Shown here: positions 18,411 through 27,889 of the stretch, piece after piece | Layout: the number at the start of each line of letters is the position of its first letter | Numbering within the stretch: the first letter of the stretch is position 1 | Virus record (IMG/VR): IMGVR_UViG_3300020457_000004 | Span: 1 to 64,000 of that record | DNA: 64,000 nucleotides | Strand: one strand, 5' to 3' | Source of the DNA: a virus | Made by a program: the position numbers and the translations under genes | The notes under the pieces: model-generated | Seen by the model: only the letters and a program-made list of their open reading frames with translations | Databases searched by the model: none | Told to the model about the DNA's origin: nothing

Positions 18411-20915
18411 CTAAAATAACGACTCCAATGTTGCTACTGGTCTAGTCTTCCAATCCAAACTGGTGACTATAGTAGTCAATGGGTCAATAAATGCTTTCTC
18501 AAACATTGTTTCATAATCAATGTAACGATGCAAATCAAACTCTTTCGGCATAAGACCATTCATCGCCACGGTATTTTCTCTCACATGATTAGGTTCTTTC
18601 AGATAGAGAAATTTAATCTTGTCACCATCTTGAATGGTTTGATACTTCTTCTCTAGTTTCTGAGTCCTAATCAAGTGATTGTAAACTAAGGCACCCCGAA
18701 CATGCATCGGTGTTCCTTTAGTATAAACTGTTTCTCTTGAGGCATACTTATCAATGTTGTTACATCCGCGTGGGAAGGCAATTTCTTCTGGAGACATCTT
18801 AGAAAATGCCTGCCATGTATCCTCAACAAAATCCTGTAATTCTTTTTCATCCTTGTTCAAACATAACTCAACTGCCTTTTTGAGACTTGAACGAACTGGT
18901 GCTGGTGTAGAAGACCTTACAATCTCCAGACCCATCACCTTCAGTTTGGGTTCTTTGTATCGAACACCTTCATTGTCCCATACATTCAATGCGTATCTTT
19001 TCTTTGCAACCCAGATACCAGTATCCGCAATCGCCTCGCGTTTGAAGAATATCTTGGGTTGGAATACATTCATGTACTCACCAAGTTCAACCATTCTACC
19101 ATTGATTGCTGGTTCTAGTTTGTTCTCGACAAAGTTGTCAAGTATGTTGATAATCTCATCACGAGATTTACCCTGTAGATGTTCTTCCACCATCTTATCA
19201 AGAGTCACATAACAACTATCAGTATCAGTATAGAAAGAATACTCAACATCCTCTGTACCAAGAAACTTGTTTAGAAACTCATCAACTGCCTTACCAGTAT
19301 CACGAATGATTAACTGACCAGTTAGTGTGATTGCCTCTGCGATGCGTTCATCAAAATATCTGAACCACTTGTTACCTATCGCACCAAAAAGAGAGTTCAA
19401 TTGAATCTTTCTTGCCATCTGGAAGTTGTTGAACTTCGCAATATCTTTCTTGAGTTCTGGATTCTTGGTATCCTCAAAATCTTGTTCTGCTTTCTTCATC
19501 AGTTTTTTGTACTTCTGTCTGTCATCAAAAAACTTCTGAGTAATTTCTGCCATGAATCCTTGCGTGTTTCTAGCAAACATATAACCGTTGGCTGCCATGG
19601 ATAAGTCTGCTTCCTTCAATCTCTTGAGAACATGTTTCCTTTCCAGAATACTATCAACCGTACAGTCCAGAGGTCTGTGTCCCTCTGCCAACATCTCTGG
19701 CGATAGATTGTGTTGCATGATGATAGATGGATACAGAGAAGTCGCATCAACTGATACAACCCACTTGTACTTACCCACCTTCGGGTCTTGCACATAACCA
19801 CCAGCAAATCCCTTAGAGAAGTGTTCCTTCTTCTGAGGAATCATAATGTTCTTTTCAAGTAGATGATTGAATAACAAACAATCCCAAGTTCTCACAGATG
19901 AAAAGATATCATTGTAATTACATTTACAGTCATATCCCATTGTGATAATCAGTTCCAAGAATTTCATCTTGTCATCAAGTTCGTCAACCAGAACAGTATC
20001 GATGATGTTGTAGTCAATGAATCGATTCCAATCATTCTCATAGAACTCGCGGAATGTTTCATATCCACTTTCCAATTTCTTCTTACCAAGTTCTACCTCG
20101 GCAATGTAATCAAGTCGATAACTTTCTTGGAAAGTATAAGTAAACTTTTTGTACAAATCCATGTAGTCAAGTTGAATGATACCCTTCATATCAACCTTCA
20201 ACAATTCACGATTGTTGTGACCCTTGATGACTTTCTTCCTAGTCATCCCATATGGACTGAGATTATTCTTCGCGTTGTTACCAAACATCCTGTCAATTCT
20301 ACCAACCAAATATGGCATATCAAATAGTTCTAGGTTCCATCCAGTAACTACATCGGGATAATCTTGTGCCCACCATGTCATGAATTTTTCCAATAAGTCA
20401 TACTCATCGGAACAATAAGTGTAATTGACATTGAGGTCTTTTGTTTCTTCGCCAGGCTTCCACTCACCAGAACCCCAAGTAAATATTTCTTTGGTGTAAT
20501 TGTCTACGAGTGTGATAAGAAGAACCTCTTCGATAGGATTCTCTGTATCTGGGAAACCATGTTCGGCAGTTGTCTCAATATCAATTGAGAAAATCCGCAT
20601 TTTACTGAGGTCAAACTCAATATCTTGCGGATACATAGAAGACAAATACTGATAGGTCAAATCAGTTTGACCATAGATAGGATAATTATCTACCTTAGAA
20701 TATTTGTCTAGGAATTCTTTGCAGTCGCCATTATCTCCAAACTGAATTGGTTTTAGATAGTGACCATCAATGTTAGTAAATTCAGAAGGTTCATTACTTC
20801 TGACATACAAGGTTGGCTGGAAAGGATGTTTTTCAGTAAAACGCTCCCCATTCCTTACTCCACGAGTAAGAATAGAATTTCCATATTGCCACGCATAAGT
20901 GTAAAAGTTAGACAT
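18411..20915 (-). CDS. 43: Family B DNA polymerase gp43
   Basis: DIET exonuclease motif, DATSLYPS, KIQLNSLFG, YTDTDS, KKRY. Confidence 0.98.
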   Translation of the reverse strand: MSNFYTYAWQYGNSILTRGVRNGERFTEKHPFQPTLYVRSNEPSEFTNIDGHYLKPIQFGDNGDCKEFLDKYSKVDNYPIYGQTDLTYQYLSSMYPQDIEFDLSKMRIFSIDIETTAEHGFPDTENPIEEVLLITLVDNYTKEIFTWGSGEWKPGEETKDLNVNYTYCSDEYDLLEKFMTWWAQDYPDVVTGWNLELFDMPYLVGRIDRMFGNNAKNNLSPYGMTRKKVIKGHNNRELLKVDMKGIIQLDYMDLYKKFTYTFQESYRLDYIAEVELGKKKLESGYETFREFYENDWNRFIDYNIIDTVLVDELDDKMKFLELIITMGYDCKCNYNDIFSSVRTWDCLLFNHLLEKNIMIPQKKEHFSKGFAGGYVQDPKVGKYKWVVSVDATSLYPSIIMQHNLSPEMLAEGHRPLDCTVDSILERKHVLKRLKEADLSMAANGYMFARNTQGFMAEITQKFFDDRQKYKKLMKKAEQDFEDTKNPELKKDIAKFNNFQMARKIQLNSLFGAIGNKWFRYFDERIAEAITLTGQLIIRDTGKAVDEFLNKFLGTEDVEYSFYTDTDSCYVTLDKMVEEHLQGKSRDEIINILDNFVENKLEPAINGRMVELGEYMNVFQPKIFFKREAIADTGIWVAKKRYALNVWDNEGVRYKEPKLKVMGLEIVRSSTPAPVRSSLKKAVELCLNKDEKELQDFVEDTWQAFSKMSPEEIAFPRGCNNIDKYASRETVYTKGTPMHVRGALVYNHLIRTQKLEKKYQTIQDGDKIKFLYLKEPNHVRENTVAMNGLMPKEFDLHRYIDYETMFEKAFIDPLTTIVTSLDWKTRPVATLESLF

Positions 20916-20943
20916 AATAAAACCGATTTTTCATTTAGAGGAT

Positions 20944-20972
20944 AGTATACACGATTGTGTATCAGAAGTCAA
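20944..20972 (-). promoter_or_regulatory. sigma70-type promoter for gp43
   Basis: TTGACT-17-TATACT. Confidence 0.7.
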
Positions 20973-20977
20973 GCAAA

Positions 20978-21385
20978 TTATCCTGTAAATTTCGGTTTTG
21001 TTTTCATCTCTGTAGATTGCGTGTGAGTAAATTTATTCAACCATTCCTTTATCAAATCTTCCTTGGGGTCATAAATGTATTCCAATTGACCATATGGTAC
21101 AAATAGGATACCTTTACTAGCAGGAGATTGTGGAACAAATGCAATTTTGAATTGTCCTTGTTTCCCCTCTGTAGGAAGATATTTGATGTTTGCTGGATTG
21201 GTAATAATATATCTACTACCTTGGTCATCCTTTTGTAGATAACAAATCATCTCTTCAGCACCAGAAATTTTAATGCCACATATTTGCTGAGGACTATCTT
21301 CAGACTCCTCGCGTGTCATTTCCTCTGGTGGAATATCTAATTTGACTTCTTCTACAACCTTTTTTTCACTTTTCTTTTTTGCCAT
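20978..21385 (-). CDS. Hypothetical protein (hsp20-gp43 linker gene)
   Basis: 135 aa; conserved position in marine T4-like phages. Confidence 0.55.
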   Translation of the reverse strand: MAKKKSEKKVVEEVKLDIPPEEMTREESEDSPQQICGIKISGAEEMICYLQKDDQGSRYIITNPANIKYLPTEGKQGQFKIAFVPQSPASKGILFVPYGQLEYIYDPKEDLIKEWLNKFTHTQSTEMKTKPKFTG

Positions 21386-21401
21386 TATTTCCTCTTGATA
21401 A

Positions 21402-21503
21402 TTATATAAGTTGACCTAAGCTATATATCATGGTTGCAAAAGTAACCAATGATATAAGATAGATTCCGTATGTATTTGATTTACGGAATACTTCCTTTTT
21501 CAT
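21402..21503 (-). CDS. 33-aa membrane peptide (not in ORF track)
   Basis: MKKEVFRKSNTYGIYLISLVTFATMIYSLGQLI after AGGAG SD. Confidence 0.5.
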   Translation of the reverse strand: MKKEVFRKSNTYGIYLISLVTFATMIYSLGQLI

Positions 21504-21524
21504 ATCTCTCCTTCTTGAGTAGGT

Positions 21525-21542
21525 GGGGGGCTCATGCCCCCC
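21525..21542 (-). terminator. GC hairpin after hsp20
   Basis: GGGGGG...CCCCCC inverted repeat; weak U tract. Confidence 0.4.
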
Positions 21543-21548
21543 TGTTAT

Positions 21549-21998
21549 TTACTTGGTCTTAATCTTAATTGTTTGAGCTTTCTTTTCTTCTGGAATAACA
21601 TTCTTCAAAGAAACTCTAAGAATACCATCTGTCAATTTAGCACCCTCGACAACAACTGTGTCAGCGAGACTCCATGACTTTTTGAATTTTCTTTGAGCAA
21701 TACCTTGATGAATGAAATCAGATGTTTCTTCCGATTCTTGATTCCCCTCAACAGTAAGCGTACCGTCTTTCACTTCAATTGTTAAATCAGATTCTTTAAA
21801 TCCAGCGAGAGCCATTTGAATCTCGTAGTTTTCTTCATCTAATTTTTCGATGTTGAAAGGTGGGTATGAATTCACATTCAACTCAAAGTTCTGGTTGAGT
21901 AAATCAATTACTCTATCGAACCCTACGAATTGTCTGCGAATGTGTGGAAATGCAGAGACAAGATTGTCCCAATGCGCTTGTGTGCTTAATGTATTCAT
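21549..21998 (-). CDS. hsp20: Small heat-shock protein Hsp20 (IbpA-like)
   Basis: YPPFNI, MALAGF, HQGIAQRKF, DGILRV, IPEEKK. Confidence 0.95.
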   Translation of the reverse strand: MNTLSTQAHWDNLVSAFPHIRRQFVGFDRVIDLLNQNFELNVNSYPPFNIEKLDEENYEIQMALAGFKESDLTIEVKDGTLTVEGNQESEETSDFIHQGIAQRKFKKSWSLADTVVVEGAKLTDGILRVSLKNVIPEEKKAQTIKIKTK

Positions 21999-22052
21999 GT
22001 TTTCCTCCTTATTAAGCGAGTTAAAAGTGTAGACCTCACCCGAGCATCTACT
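21999..22052 (-). promoter_or_regulatory. ROSE-like RNA thermometer leader
   Basis: CUC-G-CUU/AAG-GAG hairpin with bulged G sequesters the SD; upstream hairpin GUAGAU...GUCUAC. Confidence 0.6.
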
Positions 22053-22056
22053 ACTA

Positions 22057-22094
22057 TATTTATATGATCTGGGGACTTTTTTTCCAAAGTCAAG
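22057..22094 (-). promoter_or_regulatory. sigma32-like promoter plus late promoter
   Basis: CTTGAC-14-CCCCAGAT followed by TATAAATA. Confidence 0.55.
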
Positions 22095-22103
22095 CGAAAA
22101 AAA

Positions 22104-22403
22104 TTATAAACCAGCAATCATCATGATTTCTGATTCTGTCTCCCTATCAATTAAAGTTACACGACCAGATGGTTTGTCCAAAATACAAGTAACATATTTT
22201 GCACCTATAGAACCTCTGACCCTGTATTTGGCCACCGCGTTGGTACGATTAAAATCCATACCCTTTAGGATTGGCCGACCTTGAAGATTTGTACTGATTG
22301 CAGATTTACATGCCATATGTAATTCTTCATTGGGGCCTGCAACGCCCTCTATGGGTAGTAACATAGCGAAAATGACAGCAGCAACTGTCAACACTTTTTT
22401 CAT
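22104..22403 (-). CDS. Secreted hypothetical protein
   Basis: Start MKKVLTVAAV after AGGAG; signal peptide; two Cys. Confidence 0.55.
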   Translation of the reverse strand: MKKVLTVAAVIFAMLLPIEGVAGPNEELHMACKSAISTNLQGRPILKGMDFNRTNAVAKYRVRGSIGAKYVTCILDKPSGRVTLIDRETESEIMMIAGL

Positions 22404-22426
22404 TAAAGTTCTCCTTTTATTCAAGG

Positions 22427-22843
22427 TTATCGTTTTCGCCCGATATTGTATTTCGTAACGAGCGTCCATTCATCCTTCTCTTTGAAGGACAAAATCTTTA
22501 TCTGACTCATAGGAGCCACTTCTTCTTCAATAGATTCATCAAGAAGCTTAACTAGACCCCAATCACTTAACAATTTAGCAATTGCGTTTCGTCTTTTTAA
22601 ATCGTTCTCAGTCAAGTCTGCTTCTTTACCATCTAAAGCAAAAAGTTCCTTGAAGTGAGTTATAAAATACCTACCTTGTTTATGGAGAATATGGCAAGAC
22701 TGATACAATGTCCTGTCCTTTTTAGATGCCACCCCAATACGCGACAAAGTTTCCCTAACCTTTAAAAAATCATCCTCTTTTTCTAAAACTATTTCTACTG
22801 GTTTGTAGTCGGGGAAATCAATGTCAAAAAAATCATCCACCAT
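22427..22843 (-). CDS. regA: Translational repressor RegA
   Basis: DDFLKVRETLSRIG, LYQSCHILHKQGRY, HFKELFALDG. Confidence 0.97.
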   Translation of the reverse strand: MVDDFFDIDFPDYKPVEIVLEKEDDFLKVRETLSRIGVASKKDRTLYQSCHILHKQGRYFITHFKELFALDGKEADLTENDLKRRNAIAKLLSDWGLVKLLDESIEEEVAPMSQIKILSFKEKDEWTLVTKYNIGRKR

Positions 22844-22894
22844 GATAATACCTTCATAATTTTGTTAATTAATATGAAAGTATTTATGGTTTTA

Positions 22895-23338
22895 CTATTT
22901 TCCACCCTTCTTCAATAAGCCTTTTATCGCCTCGATATCTGCCTCACTCAATAATCTGAGTGCTTCTTGGGCCCGAACATTACTGTAACCAAAATATTCT
23001 TTTACAATTTCTAGATGTTCTTCTTTCTCTGGTTTTAACCACTTGTTAAATCTTTTTTTCTTACGAACAAAACCACGCAAAAAATCATACTGCATTTTTG
23101 CATCCAAGTGTGGTCTAGAATTCATTTCATTAGATGCCACAACCGTATCGATTCCATGAGACAATGACTTGTTCACGATAAAAGGATTGTATTGTTTCTC
23201 AGACCAATCATCTACAATCAAATTTTCTTTGGTGTAGTTGATACTGTTAGCAAAGTCAAAAGGACTAATTGCTTTTTTCTTTACCTTGAACTCTTCAGCA
23301 TCATAGGTCTTTACTGGTTCACCTAATCCTTCAATCAT
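22895..23338 (-). CDS. 62: Clamp loader small subunit gp62
   Basis: YNPFIVNKSLS, RKKKRFNKW, VKEYFGYS; synteny. Confidence 0.92.
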   Translation of the reverse strand: MIEGLGEPVKTYDAEEFKVKKKAISPFDFANSINYTKENLIVDDWSEKQYNPFIVNKSLSHGIDTVVASNEMNSRPHLDAKMQYDFLRGFVRKKKRFNKWLKPEKEEHLEIVKEYFGYSNVRAQEALRLLSEADIEAIKGLLKKGGK

Positions 23339-24264
23339 TTAAATTCAACACTCGCCATGATATCAGTTAGACACGCGGTCAAGTTAATCTCTTGGTCTGC
23401 CACAAATGCACTCTTGTACTGGTAGTCAGCAATCAATAGTACCAAGTGGGGTACTTGTTTTACCTTATCGATAAGAGAGTCATAGACCTTCCTGTAAACA
23501 CCTTGTGGGTCATTGTCAACATTATTGACTACCCATTGTCTCATCTTCTTCCAATCCTTATCCTTGAGACTGTCAATCAATCCCTTGGTGTTTATCTCAG
23601 CAATGTTACTTAGAATACCACTATCGATAGAACCACTCCTAGAATATCTCTGAAGTTCATTAATAACCCTACGATAGTCTGGGAAGTGTTTCATCAATAG
23701 TTCCGCGAGAACATTCTGTTCGTATGGAATACCTTCTTGTATTAGGATTTTTTGCATCCTTCCCATGAACTTCTGTGCCATCTCTGGTCTATCTTTCTTA
23801 TCAATCTTAAAATCGACAACAGATGTTCTACTGTGAAGAGGTTCGATAATTCGATTCTTGAAATTGCATGTGAAAATAAATCTGCAATTGCCAGAAAACT
23901 CCTCAATAAAAGCTCTAAGTGCTGGTTGTGTTGAGTTAGGATTTAGATAGTCTGCCTCGTCTAGGATAACAACCTTCGCCTTACTTTCAAAACTAACTGT
24001 ACTCGCAAAGTCTCTTATCTTAGTACGCAATACATCGATACCACTTTCATCAGAACCGTTGATAACAATGTAGTCACAACCAAGTTCATTACAAAGTGCT
24101 CTCGCCACCGTGGTTTTACCTGTACCAGCAGTCCCACACAAAAGCATATTGGATATTTCACCAGCATCAACATACTCTTGGAAAGTTTTTTTCAAACCAT
24201 CTGGTAAAATACAATCGGAAATAGTTTGGGGTCTATACTTCTCTACCCATAGAAACTCATTCAT
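23335..24264 (-). CDS. 44: Clamp loader large subunit gp44
   Basis: LWVEKYRP, GTAGTGKT, ILDEAD, HSR. Confidence 0.97.
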   Translation of the reverse strand: MNEFLWVEKYRPQTISDCILPDGLKKTFQEYVDAGEISNMLLCGTAGTGKTTVARALCNELGCDYIVINGSDESGIDVLRTKIRDFASTVSFESKAKVVILDEADYLNPNSTQPALRAFIEEFSGNCRFIFTCNFKNRIIEPLHSRTSVVDFKIDKKDRPEMAQKFMGRMQKILIQEGIPYEQNVLAELLMKHFPDYRRVINELQRYSRSGSIDSGILSNIAEINTKGLIDSLKDKDWKKMRQWVVNNVDNDPQGVYRKVYDSLIDKVKQVPHLVLLIADYQYKSAFVADQEINLTACLTDIMASVEFK

Positions 24265-24455
24265 CCTTGCACCCTTTTTTCTAATACCTCAATCTGGTAT
24301 TCACGATTCTTGTTCCAAGTTTCCTCAGAACGGTCTACCATAACAGGTTTGCCTTTGACAAACTTGCCAGACTTTACCTGTTTGGGAGTAAACTTTGCTT
24401 TCAGCAAGTTACCCAATGCTACCTTTCTTCTTTCTTTCACATTCTTTTTTCTCAA
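24261..24455 (-). CDS. Hypothetical basic protein
   Basis: 64 aa; overlapping start and stop coupling. Confidence 0.45.
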   Translation of the reverse strand: MRKKNVKERRKVALGNLLKAKFTPKQVKSGKFVKGKPVMVDRSEETWNKNREYQIEVLEKRVQG

Positions 24456-25219
24456 TGTACTATCTCCTGTCTTTCTATGTCATCTTCTTCAACATAAGAA
24501 CCATGTTGTATTTCAATTATCTTTAGGGGTTCATTACCCACATTTGTTATTTGATGCCATTCGTAGGGTATTATACTGAAGTTCTGACCAGAAGTCAAGT
24601 ACTCATAAGTATAATTTTCTGGTTTACCTTTACTGGTTTTAATCATTGCCATACCATTTACGACATGCCAAATTTCCCCACGATAAAAGTGTCTTTGGTA
24701 ACTAATGCTTTTATTAATGTCAATGTTTAGTATTTTTACTTTAGCAGTTTGTTCCGCGTGAATAACTTTATAGTCACCCCATGCTCTTTCTACATTGTTT
24801 ACCGAACTACTAGAATAAGTTTTATCTCCACCAACACCAAAAACAAACTCTAAATGAGCCATGGAAAATTTTTCTCTTAGTTCCATCTCTGGTATGTTTT
24901 CTTCTGTCCTGTCACCACCATTAGCAAATATAAACTTGTGGTCTATTCCATGACTAGCAATTGCTCTTTCAATAAAGTCTTTAGCAGTATCGTCATCATC
25001 ATTGAAAGGAACTACATGGTCAACACATTCTAGGTTCATCAATATATCCATCCTGTCAAATGCTGACATAAAGGGTGACCCCTTCTTTCTGGTCAACCAC
25101 TCATCACTATTCAAACCAACTGATAGATGGTCACCCAACTTTCTTGCCTCTTGTAGTAGGTTAAGATGACCTTTATGTAGTGGGTCAAAACCACCAGATA
25201 CTAAAACAATTGTACTCAT
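24452..25219 (-). CDS. Cytidylyltransferase-like domain fused to cupin (type II MPI-like)
   Basis: SGGFDPLHKGH, ANGGDR; RAWG...SYQRH..RGEIW...IIEIQHG cupin. Confidence 0.85.
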   Translation of the reverse strand: MSTIVLVSGGFDPLHKGHLNLLQEARKLGDHLSVGLNSDEWLTRKKGSPFMSAFDRMDILMNLECVDHVVPFNDDDDTAKDFIERAIASHGIDHKFIFANGGDRTEENIPEMELREKFSMAHLEFVFGVGGDKTYSSSSVNNVERAWGDYKVIHAEQTAKVKILNIDINKSISYQRHFYRGEIWHVVNGMAMIKTSKGKPENYTYEYLTSGQNFSIIPYEWHQITNVGNEPLKIIEIQHGSYVEEDDIERQEIVH

Positions 25220-26037
25220 AATATTCCTCTTAAAGATGCCCCACCACCAGATATATTCCTCGCGTTATGGAGAACTTCATCATATGTGAAGTGAGGTTGT
25301 TCGATTTCAAATTTTGGATTGGATGTTTTATCAAACCATTTTAGGTCATGGTCTTTTGGATAAGTTCTAGTCCATTCCATATTTGATTTTTTCAATAATT
25401 TTTTTGCTTTCTTATTCAGCGGAAAGATATATCTAAACATATACCCTTCTATTTTTTTGATTCCCTTCTCTTGCATAAAATCTGAAGTCAACCAAAAAAC
25501 TCTCTCTTTGCCAGAGAACTTTGCGTTCTCCTCACATAACTTTCTTGTTGCTCTTGGGTGAACCTTCTCACCATTTATTTCATATACTTGAGTGAAGTAT
25601 TGTCCACCGTATAAAAAATTACTTGCCTGATATACATATCCACACTTACCCATGATACCATCTGCCATTGTATAAAGAAACAATACATCTGGACAATTAT
25701 CTTTTATCCATCTCACAGTTTTCTTTATCATTTGTGATTCGGAATTGGTTGGCATTTCATCCGTCATGCACATCTTACCAATCTCCCAGTAATGCTTTGA
25801 CTCCAGACCTGTAAACATTTTATTGATTGTTTGTCTAGGTTGTGTTCCCCATCCCAGAGTCAAAACGCCTACTAATTCACCTTCCAAGAAACACCCCAAA
25901 TAGTGTTTCGTAAGTTTAGGCATCATAGGTGAATAATGATGCGTTTGTATAAAATCTATTGCGAGTTCTTTTGATAAAGGTTTTAAATCGTAATCAACTT
26001 TATGCAAACTGTTCTTCTGTTCCCAATCCATCTTCAA
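25216..26037 (-). CDS. Mom-like DNA base-modification GNAT protein
   Basis: FIQTHHYS, LVGVLTLG, NSES, YTMADG, GYVYQASNFLYGG. Confidence 0.7.
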   Translation of the reverse strand: MKMDWEQKNSLHKVDYDLKPLSKELAIDFIQTHHYSPMMPKLTKHYLGCFLEGELVGVLTLGWGTQPRQTINKMFTGLESKHYWEIGKMCMTDEMPTNSESQMIKKTVRWIKDNCPDVLFLYTMADGIMGKCGYVYQASNFLYGGQYFTQVYEINGEKVHPRATRKLCEENAKFSGKERVFWLTSDFMQEKGIKKIEGYMFRYIFPLNKKAKKLLKKSNMEWTRTYPKDHDLKWFDKTSNPKFEIEQPHFTYDEVLHNARNISGGGASLRGIL

Positions 26038-26614
26038 GATTTAATTCGTGCTGTCTACCTACTGGACTAACAGTTTGAATATACTCCATCATAGTTAAGG
26101 GGTCAGACACTTCATATGGGTCTGTTGGACAATCGTCACCACATCCATCTTCGACAAATGCGACTTCAACTACTCCATCATTTGCGAGTAAAGAATATCT
26201 CCATGACCTAGCGCCAAATCCTAGATTGTCTTTCCTTACCAATGCACCCATTTGCTCAGTAAAATAAGCACTACCATCTGGAATTAATTTGACATTATCG
26301 ATGTCCAACCAATCACCCCACTTGTTCATAACAAAACTATCATTAACAGATAGACAATACACTTCATCAATACCATTTGCTTTGAACAATTCGTAATTAT
26401 TGTCATAGTCTGGTAGTTGATAAGTAGAACATGTTGGAGTAAAAGCGCCTGGCAAAGAAAAAAGAACTACCCTTTTATCCTTGAACAAGTCAGTTGAATT
26501 AACCATCTGCCAAATGTATGGGTTATCATCACCCTGTGCCACCATATTTTCATCCCTCACCCTCATGTGAAAAGTGATATCTTGTGGCAGTTTTTGACCA
26601 ACTTCGATTTTCAT
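26000..26614 (-). CDS. Peroxiredoxin (Prx5 type)
   Basis: LPGAFTPTCS, SVNDSFVM, GARSWRYS. Confidence 0.93.
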   Translation of the reverse strand: MKIEVGQKLPQDITFHMRVRDENMVAQGDDNPYIWQMVNSTDLFKDKRVVLFSLPGAFTPTCSTYQLPDYDNNYELFKANGIDEVYCLSVNDSFVMNKWGDWLDIDNVKLIPDGSAYFTEQMGALVRKDNLGFGARSWRYSLLANDGVVEVAFVEDGCGDDCPTDPYEVSDPLTMMEYIQTVSPVGRQHELNLEDGLGTEEQFA

Positions 26615-26779
26615 TTATTTCTCCTTCAACTTTTCTTTGTCATGTGCTAACCAATTGTATATTTTTTTGGTTACCCATAACTGAAATCTTCTTATAAAAT
26701 TACCTCTAGGCATTAACCAGCCGGCCATGAAAGATAATATCATTCCATAAACGGCAATCATTCCTTCAACCCAAGCCAT
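26615..26779 (-). CDS. 54-aa membrane protein (not in ORF track)
   Basis: MAWVEGMIAVYGMILSFMAGWL...; TAATG coupling to gp45; ends directly before the prx ATG. Confidence 0.55.
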   Translation of the reverse strand: MAWVEGMIAVYGMILSFMAGWLMPRGNFIRRFQLWVTKKIYNWLAHDKEKLKEK

Positions 26780-27429
26780 TAAATATTTGAACTCGGTTCT
26801 AGTGCCAAGAAATAGGTTCTCTTCGCGTTAGAAAATTTGAATACTTTCTTCTGGGAAACAGTAACCTCATAATCATCCGCGATTACTTTTAGGTTTTCAA
26901 TTCCTAGTCTAGCATCAAACTCTACATTAGCATTACCAATGTCGGTAGTGAATGAATTACTCTTAGGAGTATTCGGGTCACCCACACTAAGAACTACATT
27001 GCCACCATTGGCGACAACACTAAGAGTAGGAGCAGAGATTACACTCGCTGCCCTGTAGATAGTGTTGAGTTGTTCTTTGGTAATATTGAATTGATAGAAA
27101 GCATCAATTTCAATTTCTTTATCTGGAGCTGCCACGATAATAGATGGTTCCGCGTAATAAAACTTGAACCTTCCAGCATCGGACTTACATGTCAGATAAT
27201 CATCGGAAAAATCAATCTCAGTATCCTCACTCATTGTGACCAAAGATAGAAATTGATTTAAGTCATAGATTGCGAACTCCTGTGGGAAGCTCTCTTCGAT
27301 TGTGCCCTTTGCAAAAATAGACTTAGAAGCGGACACAGTTGATAAACTACTACCAGACTTAACCAATAAATTGGTATTAATCGTAGCAAAGTTTTTCAAC
27401 AACTCCAAAGTACTTTTGGATAGTTTCAT
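26779..27429 (-). CDS. 45: Sliding clamp gp45
   Basis: MKLSKSTLELLKNFATIN, FAIYDLNQFL, YFLALE. Confidence 0.96.
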   Translation of the reverse strand: MKLSKSTLELLKNFATINTNLLVKSGSSLSTVSASKSIFAKGTIEESFPQEFAIYDLNQFLSLVTMSEDTEIDFSDDYLTCKSDAGRFKFYYAEPSIIVAAPDKEIEIDAFYQFNITKEQLNTIYRAASVISAPTLSVVANGGNVVLSVGDPNTPKSNSFTTDIGNANVEFDARLGIENLKVIADDYEVTVSQKKVFKFSNAKRTYFLALEPSSNI

Positions 27430-27496
27430 AATATACCTCAATCAAATTAAACATCATATACTAACATTTGTTAGGGGCAAATGTCAACCCCATTTT

Positions 27497-27847
27497 TTAT
27501 ACTTCGCCAGTAGTAATCTCTTCTGTCATACCATTAGCAGTCAAGTAATCTTTATAAGAAGTCTCTGATAAGTGACCAGTTCCATTGTAAGGTGCAGCCG
27601 CAAATAAGGCATCCCTGTCCACTATATACGCATTGTAAGCGTCTTCATCAGCGAAATCTAAATCCCATTTAAAAGAAAGATTGTCTTCAGCAATAGTCAA
27701 TGTTACTGTAACATCTGACCTCGCGTCAAGCCAATTCCTAAAATGTGTACCGTTTGTCTCGAAATCAGAACTAGCGTCCTCGGCAAAAAAATACCAATTG
27801 GCTGAAGTATCTGGTCGAGTACTTGTATAAGTTAATCTATATGCCAT
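27497..27847 (-). CDS. Hypothetical late protein
   Basis: 116 aa; late promoter at 27880-27887; AGAGGA SD. Confidence 0.55.
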   Translation of the reverse strand: MAYRLTYTSTRPDTSANWYFFAEDASSDFETNGTHFRNWLDARSDVTVTLTIAEDNLSFKWDLDFADEDAYNAYIVDRDALFAAAPYNGTGHLSETSYKDYLTANGMTEEITTGEV

Positions 27848-27879
27848 TGTTCATTCCTCTAATAAAATTCTTACTCTCT

Positions 27880-27887
27880 TATTTATA
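27880..27887 (-). promoter_or_regulatory. T4-type late promoter TATAAATA
   Basis: Exact consensus. Confidence 0.75.
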
Positions 27888-27889
27888 AT

